Shown: positions 28,367-35,215 of the stretch, one piece after another
How the letters are laid out: every line of letters starts with the position of its first letter
Position numbering within the stretch: the first letter of the stretch is position 1
Source: Deltaproteobacteria bacterium
Lineage (GTDB): Bacteria; Desulfobacterota; Desulfobacteria; Desulfobacterales; C00003060
Reading direction: 5' to 3'
DNA: 35,215 bases
Assembly (NCBI GenBank): GCA_030665585.1
Contig: DAOUZN010000003.1
Span: 1-35,215, forward strand
Program-made: the position numbers and the translations under genes
The notes under the pieces: generated by a model
Databases searched by the model: none
What the model saw: only the letters and a program-made list of their open reading frames with translations
Told to the model about the DNA's origin: nothing

Positions 28367-28540
28367 ATGACAATCAGCCAGGAGTTATTGGATATCTTGG
28401 CCTGTCCCAAGTGCAAAGGGGACATCTACCTGAATGAGACAAAAGATGGGCTTATCTGTGACAAGTGCAGACTCCTTTACGAAATCAAGGATGACATTCC
28501 CGTCATGCTCATCGATGAAGCAAAGCCGATAGAAAGTTGA
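28367..28540 (+). CDS. ycaR: Trm112/YcaR-family zinc-ribbon protein (57 aa), absent from the ORF track
   Basis: Manual translation MTISQELLDILACPKCKGDIYLNETKDGLICDKCRLLYEIKDDIPVMLIDEAKPIES; LACP.CK and Y.I.D.IPVML.DEA motifs; RBS AAAGGAGGT. Confidence 0.93.
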   Translation: MTISQELLDILACPKCKGDIYLNETKDGLICDKCRLLYEIKDDIPVMLIDEAKPIES

Positions 28541-28660
28541 GAGGGGCTGGCTGGAAAGCCCAAAACAAAATGGCTTGCGGGATGCTCGGTGTGGAAGGTT
28601 TTCTACAACGGTCCTGAATGCCTGGAAGGCCTGTGATTTTCAGAAAGGCATGGCATTTTG

Positions 28661-29269
28661 TCAGCTTAGATAACGCTTTTTGAGGCGGTTAAATTCACTT
28701 AACTCTTGGGTTGAGATTTCAAGGGTGTCTGAAGTTTCTTTCTCTTCTTTCGGCAGAGGCTCTTCTTGTTGCCCATCCTTTTCCATCGGCTCACCCTGGA
28801 TAAGTTTTTCAGGGGTCAAGGGCTGAAAATATACGGCTGGCTCGTCAAGGCCGTCGACTTGTAAGACGGCGTACTTGATCAGGTGGATTTTGGACTCCGT
28901 CCCCAAGACATGCATCAGGTTGCAGATTGAGGCGGAAAAGTCATGAGAGAAAAGATACATATCCAACCCTATCTTTCCATTGGCAAACATTTCACCCACC
29001 GTGACAAATTGCTTCAGCCAGACATAGTAAGACATTGACGAAATAATAAACTTTTCAGTCTCCTCTGCATCATTTAGCCTGGCAACGGTTAAGTGCGTTT
29101 TCCCCTGGTTGACAAATAATAAATCCGACGAACCAAACTGTGGAGAGGCAATGTTGTCTCCGAGAACGACGTCTTGACGGGACCCGGAATGCAGCAAAAA
29201 CTTCTTGGCGGCATCCATCAATTCCTCTTGCGGAACCGCCGTGGAAACAGCGTCATTGATTATTTTCAC
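28661..29269 (-). CDS. Hypothetical protein, probable degenerate NucS-like PD-(D/E)XK fold with acidic C-terminal tail
   Basis: GTG start with RBS AAAGGAG; overlaps the upstream gene by 17 nt. G.SDLLFV...LTV...Y..W...LF..DFS...I.LIKY pattern resembles the NucS C-terminal domain (fold is inference). Confidence 0.7.
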   Translation of the reverse strand: MKIINDAVSTAVPQEELMDAAKKFLLHSGSRQDVVLGDNIASPQFGSSDLLFVNQGKTHLTVARLNDAEETEKFIISSMSYYVWLKQFVTVGEMFANGKIGLDMYLFSHDFSASICNLMHVLGTESKIHLIKYAVLQVDGLDEPAVYFQPLTPEKLIQGEPMEKDGQQEEPLPKEEKETSDTLEISTQELSEFNRLKKRYLS

Positions 29270-30161
29270 CGTTGCCAGCTCCTTTCAGCAAAGTGTGATT
29301 TTTTTCGATCAGGCTGTCTGCCAGTTTCTTGATGGACTCAGAAAGGCGTGAATGTCCCGACTCCTGGAGCAAAGGTGTCTGTGTTAGGGTTGCCAGGGAC
29401 GGATGCGTCCCCTTGGGAATAGATCCCATGAAATGAATCTTGCACGAGAGAAACTTCTCGGCCATTTCCGACATGACCCTACACGCTGCCTCGGCCGGAG
29501 AGGAAACGTCTTCTTCCATGATCACGAGACCGACATCCGGACAAGACACATCTCGGGCGATTTGCTTGATGAGTTCATATGACTTCAAAAGGTCTTCTGA
29601 ACCCACGGTGGTGGGAACCACAAAAAAAGGATTGATAGCAGCGGTCACCTTCCCCGGGCCGAAGACGTCAGGAGATACGTTCATGATAAGAAAATCATTT
29701 GTACTCCTTAGTCTGTCCAAAATGGTCAAGAAATCTGCGGAATTAAGGTCTTTCTCCCAAAAGACGGCATTGATATTCTTGTAACCACCAAAGAGAAAGA
29801 AGGTGTTTGGGAGTCTGGCCGTCGTCTCAATGAGTCCTACGGAAAAGTCTCTTCTTGCCAATTCGAGGGCAAGATTGCAGGCAAGGAAGGACTTTTGCCC
29901 CGAAAGCCTCTTTGAAGCAGAAAAAAGGAGGCACAAATTCTCTTGGATTGGGGCCGTGCGGCCTGCGTTTTGGTGTGTTTCGGTTCGTGGAAGATCAACA
30001 GGCAATGGCGTGATGGCTTTACCATCAGCCTGGGCGACCTGCTTTCCGATGGCCTTTTCTCCTAGATTTTCGGGCCTTTCGCCGGACAGGAAGAAATGAG
30101 ACACTTCTTCCAGTGTCCTGCCCCTTTTTTCTCTATCTTCCATCGACGAGCAAGTAGACAT
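29253..30161 (-). CDS. Degenerate FlhG/FleN/MinD-like P-loop protein with N-terminal extension
   Basis: KSFLACNLALELA, LPN..FLFG, DFLIMN, VVPTT....L..SY.LIK, AEKFL.....GSIP and S..SESIKKLA follow the FlhG/MinD pattern, but Walker A and B are eroded; TAATG overlap with the parA stop. Confidence 0.75.
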   Translation of the reverse strand: MSTCSSMEDREKRGRTLEEVSHFFLSGERPENLGEKAIGKQVAQADGKAITPLPVDLPRTETHQNAGRTAPIQENLCLLFSASKRLSGQKSFLACNLALELARRDFSVGLIETTARLPNTFFLFGGYKNINAVFWEKDLNSADFLTILDRLRSTNDFLIMNVSPDVFGPGKVTAAINPFFVVPTTVGSEDLLKSYELIKQIARDVSCPDVGLVIMEEDVSSPAEAACRVMSEMAEKFLSCKIHFMGSIPKGTHPSLATLTQTPLLQESGHSRLSESIKKLADSLIEKNHTLLKGAGNGENNQ

Positions 30162-31240
30162 TACACGTTGATAACAGAATTTGTGCTCCCCAAGAGATTG
30201 TCCGCTCTTTTCTTGTTGCTCGGATCAGACACCCAACGGCCGTCAACCAGGTATTTGTATTGATAAAGGCCGGGGCTGAGGCGGATGGCTTTCTGCCACA
30301 CCGGTCTGCCATGGGAGTGAGTCAAATCAAGGCTCTCCGGTACCCAGTTATTAAAATCGCCAGCGATCTGCACCCCGGCGTCCTCGGGTGCCTCGATAAT
30401 GAACGCCACTTCTTTTTCCATGGGCTCTTTCACTTTTTCCTTGGCTTCCACAAAGGACTTCAGGGCGAAACCCTTGGCCTTCATCTTGGCTTCTTCCCTC
30501 AGGATCTCTTTCATCAACTGCTGATAATCCAGGAAGGCAGCGCAGTGTTGGTCGTATTCAGCTATGGGTTTCCCAGCGCTGGCAGCTTCTCTCAGGCGGG
30601 TGCATGTATTGATTTCGGTCTCAAAGCAGTTCCTGGGAAATCTGGCCCTGAGGGTCTCTACGACCCGGTTGCTGAAATTGGTCCTGCGGTCCATGTTGGT
30701 GGCCAGAATCCTGAAAGTGAGTTCGTGTCCAGCCTTGTCTTGAATGATCTGAATGGTTTCCAGAAGCTTTCCCAATCCGTTGAGAGAAAAGGAACTGGAA
30801 TCGACCGGAATGATGACCTCATCACATGCTATCAGCGCATTAAAGGTTAAGAGCCCCACGCTGGGAGGGCAGTCAATGATGAGGTAGTCGTAGTTGTCTT
30901 CAATCTCTTTAAGGCCCTGGGCAAGTGTAAATTCTCTCTCTGGGACGCCGGCCATGACTTGTTCAAAGGCGCTCAAGACGACGTTGCTGAAAACAGCATC
31001 AAGATTCTTTTCTAGGGTCTTTATGGCTTCAATTATTTGTATCTTACCTGACAAGACCTCATAGATGCTCTCTTCTATTTGATCAGGTTTCACGCCAAGA
31101 CCCAGCCCTGCATGCCCTTGGGGGTCTAGGTCGATCAGGAGCACCTTTCTGCCCTTTCCTGCTAGACAACTGGCTAGGTTTACCGCCGTGGTTGTCTTGC
31201 CGCACCCGCCTTTTTGATTAACGAGAGCCATTTTCCTCAT
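30161..31240 (-). CDS. Soj/ParA-family ATPase fused to a C-terminal CBM48 (AMPK-beta-like glycogen-binding domain)
   Basis: NQKGGCGKTT, IDLDPQG, IDCPPS, DRRTN, RLREA; C-terminal AGDFNNW, GLYQYKYLVDGRW, DPSN, LGSTNS; ATG 31240 with RBS GGAGG. Confidence 0.92.
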   Translation of the reverse strand: MRKMALVNQKGGCGKTTTAVNLASCLAGKGRKVLLIDLDPQGHAGLGLGVKPDQIEESIYEVLSGKIQIIEAIKTLEKNLDAVFSNVVLSAFEQVMAGVPEREFTLAQGLKEIEDNYDYLIIDCPPSVGLLTFNALIACDEVIIPVDSSSFSLNGLGKLLETIQIIQDKAGHELTFRILATNMDRRTNFSNRVVETLRARFPRNCFETEINTCTRLREAASAGKPIAEYDQHCAAFLDYQQLMKEILREEAKMKAKGFALKSFVEAKEKVKEPMEKEVAFIIEAPEDAGVQIAGDFNNWVPESLDLTHSHGRPVWQKAIRLSPGLYQYKYLVDGRWVSDPSNKKRADNLLGSTNSVINV

Positions 31241-31442
31241 GACGCTTTCCTCCCTTGTCATTGCTGGGCAGGAGAAAAAACCCCACATCTCCCCCCGGAT
31301 GGAGATTAGTTATCTAATATATTTGGGCACCTCCTCCTCGCGTATGATGGCTCAAACCGTTATGCGGCCCAGGTGACTGCCTACACCTCCCGATTGCCGT
31401 CTAAGCCCCTTGGGTTACAAGGATTGCAGCGAGAAAACGCTC

Positions 31443-31652
31443 TTATTTCGCTGTTCCATGGTTGTTGTTCAGCGATAGACAATCCCTTTTCCACAGGCAC
31501 GCTTGCTCCCCACAAGAGTCTACCCGCGTGGTGCCGAAGCAGTCGATATTGTTTTCTTTCCTTTGAATTGCCTGGATCATGTCCATCTTTTTCATTCTGA
31601 ACGTGTTAACGTCCATCTCTTTGGCCATTCTTTGAATCTCCTGAAATCTCAT
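31443..31652 (-). CDS. Small SAP/Rho-N-like helix-extension-helix protein with Cys motif (69 aa)
   Basis: MRFQEIQRMAKEMDV...MKKMDMIQAIQ..E.N.DCF......C....CLW..DC; RBS AAGGAGG. Confidence 0.85.
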   Translation of the reverse strand: MRFQEIQRMAKEMDVNTFRMKKMDMIQAIQRKENNIDCFGTTRVDSCGEQACLWKRDCLSLNNNHGTAK

Positions 31653-31817
31653 TTTGCCCTCCTTCACGTTGTAGGGTCATCGGCTATGGTATAACGCAAA
31701 AGTACAGGCCCCGATCCTCATAGGCCACTGACTTTTGTCGACATTTTCCCATTCAGCGACGAATCGAACAACAACCTCCTTTGTCTATATATTGCACCGA
31801 CTATTCTTTAGGCCACA

Positions 31818-31835
31818 ACATATGGCATATGTCAA
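31818..31835 (-). promoter_or_regulatory. Palindromic putative operator overlapping a TTGACA -35 box
   Basis: ACATATG-G-CATATGT (31818-31832); TGTCAA at 31830-31835 reads TTGACA on the - strand; -10 box is unconvincing. Confidence 0.35.
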
Positions 31836-31913
31836 GGGAAAAATGTAAAAAAACACCGGGAAGGGATCGCCTTGACGCCTTGCTTCGAACAAAGGCAAAA
31901 GCCTTGGAAAGGA

Positions 31914-34900
31914 TTATTGGGAAGGCTGTCTAGGTCCCAGGTATGTCTTCAGGTGGCGGGCTGTGTGAGAGCCATTCGGGTGGGCGATGAGTTCCACGGG
32001 TGAACCTGCTGCCACCACCCGCCCTCCCTCATCTCCCCCTTCCGGGCCAAGGTCAATGATGTGATCGGCCTCTTTGATGATCTCCATGTTGTGTTCAATG
32101 ACCGCTACGGTATTTCCTTCATCCGCCAAGGCCTGCAGCACCTTCAACAGCCTCTGCACATCGGCCAAGTGCAACCCTGTGGTCGGTTCATCCAGGATGT
32201 AAAGGGTGCGGCCCCTAGAGGGCTTGGCCAGCTCTTCTGCCAACTTGACGCGTTGGGCCTCACCCCCGGAGAGCGTGGGGCTGGGTTGTCCCAGGTGCAG
32301 ATACCCCAGGCCAATGTCACAAACAAACTGGACGGGCCGGCGAATCGATGGCACGGCAGCAAAAAAGCCAGCAGCCTCCTCAAAGGTGAGTTCCAGGACG
32401 TCAGAGATGTTTTGCCCTTTGTAGGTGACGGCCAGGGTCTCCTGATTGAATCGTCGGCCCCTGCAAACCTCACAGTGAATATACACGTCAGGGAGAAAAC
32501 TCATGCCCACTTTTAGACTGCCGTGTCCCTTGCACGCCTCACATCGGCCCCCTGCCACGTTGAATGAAAACCGGCCGGCCTTGTATCCTCGAGCCCTGGC
32601 CTCCGGGGTCATGGCAAAGCGCGTCCGTATGTCAGACAGAAATCCCACATAGGAGGCTGGCACAGAGCGAGGGGTGCGGCCGATGGGTTTGTGATCCACC
32701 TCGAGTACCCGGTCCAGGGACTCCCAACCCTTGATCGCGTCACAGCGGCCGGCATCACGCTGTTGCTTTAAGAGCCGGTTGCGGACGCCTTTGTACAGGG
32801 TTTCTTTAAGAAGCGTGGATTTGCCGGAACCTGACACGCCGGTGACGCAGATCAAGGTACCCAGGGGGAAATCAACATCGATCCCTTTCAGGTTGTGTTC
32901 CACCGCCCCTTGAACCGTGATGAAGAGGCCGTCCTTGGGAGACCTGAGGCGGGAGGTGATGTGGTGGGGATGTCCGTCAAAACAAGTGCCTGTGACAGAT
33001 GCGGAGACTTTCTTTAAATCGGCCAACCGACCACTGGCAACCACACGCCCACCTTCCCGGCCGGCTCCGGGGCCCAGATCGATGATGTAATCAGCGGCTC
33101 GGATCGCCTCTTCATCGTGCTCCACCACCAGGATCGAGTTTCCCCGCGCCTTGAGCTCACCCAGAGCCTCCAGGAGCAAGCGATGGTCCTTGGCGTGAAG
33201 GCCGATCGTGGGCTCATCCAGGATGTAGCAGACCCCTGCCAGATTCGATCCAAGCTGGGCTGCGAGCCGGACACGCTGGGCTTCCCCACCAGACAGGGTG
33301 TCACCGCTCCGACTGAGGGCGAGATAGGACAATCCGAGCCGATTGAGCAGGGAGAGACGTGTCCGGATTTCATCCAAAATCGGCTCGGCGACAGGGGATT
33401 GCCGTGGGCTGAAAGCGAATTGCTTGAGCGTTTCTTGCGTCTGATGAACCGGCTGTTGCACCAGGTCCCAGATGGAATAGCCCTCGATTTTTACGGCCAG
33501 GGCCTCCCCTTTCAAGCGACTTCCATGGCACTCTGGACACGTCTTGTGTCCGTTTCTGCCGGAAGCCTCTACCTCACCCAGTCCATCGCACACAGGACAG
33601 GCCCCATGTTTGCTGTTAAAGGAAAAGAGGCGAGGGTCCGAGGCCTTCAATCCTATGCCGCAGGCAGGACAGATGCCTTGCAGACTAAAAACCTCTTCAG
33701 TCCCCTTGGGGTCTACGATCAGCAGGCTGCCATGGCCTTCTTTCAAGGCGCGGCCCACCACATCGTCAAGGTCTGGTGTGGGAAACCGTCCCACCAGAAG
33801 GTCAATGGTGTGCTCATGGTAACGGCTCAGGGCCATGTTCTTCTTGAGCGTTGCCAGTCGGCCATCAATTCGGGCTTTTTGATAACCCCTGCGCAGAGAC
33901 TGGGCCAGGACGTCCTTATGGAAACCTTTTCGTCCGGCCACCTTTGGGGCCAGGACAAGGGCGTGCTTTCTCCCGTAGCGATGCCGAATCTGATCCACGA
34001 TCTGATCCTGCGTCTGGACTGTCAATTGGCGGTCGCAGCCGATGCAGTGCTGAGAGCCAAGCTTGCTGTAAAGAAGTCTGAGGAAATGATAGATCTCGGT
34101 CAGCGTTGCCACGGTGGACCGGCGACTGGCATGGCTGATGCGCTGTTCGATGGCCACGGTGGGCGGAAGGCCGGACACAACGTCCACGTCCGGCCGTTCA
34201 AGGATCTTGACATACTGTCTCACGTATGGGGCAAGGCTTTCCAGATAACGTCGCTGACCCTCTGCAAAGAGAATGTCAAAGGCCAGGGTCGATTTGCCTG
34301 AGCCAGACACACCCGTGAGCACCACAAGCTGGTTACGGGGGATGGAAAGACTCAGGTTCTTGAGGTTGTGTTCCCGGGCCCCCCTGATGGCGATGGCCTG
34401 TGAGAAACCCTCAGCTGGTTCGGAAATGCTTGGGGGTGACGCCTTGCCGGGCCTTAACCGGCCCGGGTCACTCAGATACGCTGCGAGAAACCGGCCGGTA
34501 TGAGATTGGCGATGCCTGGCCACCTCTTCTGGTGGGCCGGCCACCACGACCCGGCCTCCATCATCCCCACCCTCGGGCCCCAGGTCGATCACCCAGTCTG
34601 CTGTCTTGACCACATCCATGTTGTGCTCAATCAAGAGCACGGAATTTCCCGCGGCAACGAGTCTGTCGAGACAGGCCAGGAGTTTTTCTATATCGTCAAA
34701 ATGGAGTCCCGTGGTGGGTTCATCAAAGATAAAGAGTCGCGCGATGTGATCCCCGGCCTTGAGATATCGAGACAGCTTGAGCCGTTGAGCCTCCCCTCCT
34801 GACAGGGTATTGATGGGCTGGCCAAGCCGCATGTAGCCGAGGCCGACATCAGCCATGGGCTGAAGGGCCCTTTGCACCTTGGGTTGATCGTCAAAAAAGT

Positions 34901-35215
34901 CGATGGCGTGATCTACAGTCATGGAAAGGATGTCGTATATGGTCTGCCCCTTGTAGGTCACCTCCAGGATCTCTTTCTTGTAGCGCTTACCATCGCATTC
35001 GGGGCAGGTGATGAAGACATCGGAAAGAAACTGCATCTCCACCTTTTCAAACCCTTCCCCCCGGCATGTTTCGCACCGGCCTCCTGCCACGTTAAAGGAA
35101 AAATGGCCCGGCCCAAAACCCCTTGCCCGGGCATCCGCGGTGTCGGCCAGCAGTCGGCGGATGGGATCTGCGGCCTTGGTGTAGGTTAAAGGATTGGCCC
35201 TGGGTGTGCGGCCGA
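31914..35215 (-). CDS. uvrA: Excinuclease ABC subunit A, tandem-duplicated long form; 5' part lies outside the window
   Basis: Frame is open to the window edge (GRTPRANPLTY...FSFNVAGG). Contains three LSGGEAQR/DEPT sets, two GVSGSGKS motifs, GAREHNLKN and Zn fingers. Confidence 0.95.
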   Translation of the reverse strand, partial: GRTPRANPLTYTKAADPIRRLLADTADARARGFGPGHFSFNVAGGRCETCRGEGFEKVEMQFLSDVFITCPECDGKRYKKEILEVTYKGQTIYDILSMTVDHAIDFFDDQPKVQRALQPMADVGLGYMRLGQPINTLSGGEAQRLKLSRYLKAGDHIARLFIFDEPTTGLHFDDIEKLLACLDRLVAAGNSVLLIEHNMDVVKTADWVIDLGPEGGDDGGRVVVAGPPEEVARHRQSHTGRFLAAYLSDPGRLRPGKASPPSISEPAEGFSQAIAIRGAREHNLKNLSLSIPRNQLVVLTGVSGSGKSTLAFDILFAEGQRRYLESLAPYVRQYVKILERPDVDVVSGLPPTVAIEQRISHASRRSTVATLTEIYHFLRLLYSKLGSQHCIGCDRQLTVQTQDQIVDQIRHRYGRKHALVLAPKVAGRKGFHKDVLAQSLRRGYQKARIDGRLATLKKNMALSRYHEHTIDLLVGRFPTPDLDDVVGRALKEGHGSLLIVDPKGTEEVFSLQGICPACGIGLKASDPRLFSFNSKHGACPVCDGLGEVEASGRNGHKTCPECHGSRLKGEALAVKIEGYSIWDLVQQPVHQTQETLKQFAFSPRQSPVAEPILDEIRTRLSLLNRLGLSYLALSRSGDTLSGGEAQRVRLAAQLGSNLAGVCYILDEPTIGLHAKDHRLLLEALGELKARGNSILVVEHDEEAIRAADYIIDLGPGAGREGGRVVASGRLADLKKVSASVTGTCFDGHPHHITSRLRSPKDGLFITVQGAVEHNLKGIDVDFPLGTLICVTGVSGSGKSTLLKETLYKGVRNRLLKQQRDAGRCDAIKGWESLDRVLEVDHKPIGRTPRSVPASYVGFLSDIRTRFAMTPEARARGYKAGRFSFNVAGGRCEACKGHGSLKVGMSFLPDVYIHCEVCRGRRFNQETLAVTYKGQNISDVLELTFEEAAGFFAAVPSIRRPVQFVCDIGLGYLHLGQPSPTLSGGEAQRVKLAEELAKPSRGRTLYILDEPTTGLHLADVQRLLKVLQALADEGNTVAVIEHNMEIIKEADHIIDLGPEGGDEGGRVVAAGSPVELIAHPNGSHTARHLKTYLGPRQPSQ

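Noticed and set aside
30161-31240. Chromosomal parA of a parABS locus
   Set aside because: No parB or origin-linked genes nearby, no parS-like palindrome noticed, and the CBM48 fusion is atypical
31241-31442. Riboswitch in the parA leader
   Set aside because: Only a small hairpin (ATCTCC/GGAGAT) near a U-rich tract; I could not match any known aptamer consensus
31717-31782. Leader peptide after AAAGGAGG on the - strand upstream of the SAP gene
   Set aside because: The nearest in-frame TTG is too close to the SD, and the peptide is ~17 aa without features
33117-34301. 394-aa ORF on the + strand
   Set aside because: Antisense shadow of uvrA with no recognisable motifs

Overview
Window from a Gram-negative bacterium; gene content and order point to Desulfobacterota/deltaproteobacteria (inference). 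The + strand from 1 to 28.5 kb is mostly housekeeping. It carries a CLC-CBS anion transporter, an aspartate aminotransferase, pilC-pilS, then a long envelope-biogenesis run: lysS, lolC/E, lolD, bamA, skp, lpxD, fabZ, lpxA, lpxI, gnnA-like, lpxB, DUF374/LpxJ-like, msbA, lptF, lptG, waaA, lpxK, a sugar epimerase and a Trm112/YcaR gene missed by the ORF track. A Cys-rich PxxKW gene lies on the - strand. From 28.6 to 35.2 kb the - strand carries a partial tandem-duplicated UvrA, a small SAP/Rho-N-like protein and three overlapping genes. These three encode a Soj/ParA ATPase fused to an AMPK-beta-type glycogen-binding CBM48, a catalytically degenerate FlhG/MinD-like protein with a ParB-like N-terminal peptide, and a probably inactive NucS-like PD-(D/E)XK-fold protein. 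This trio is the best candidate for an undescribed system, hypothesised here to position glycogen granules. The other main signal is non-coding: three copies of a ~190-nt long-hairpin element with terminal inverted repeats and compensatory or wobble substitutions, plus a second REP-like double-hairpin family. All calls come from motif reading only; no searches were run.
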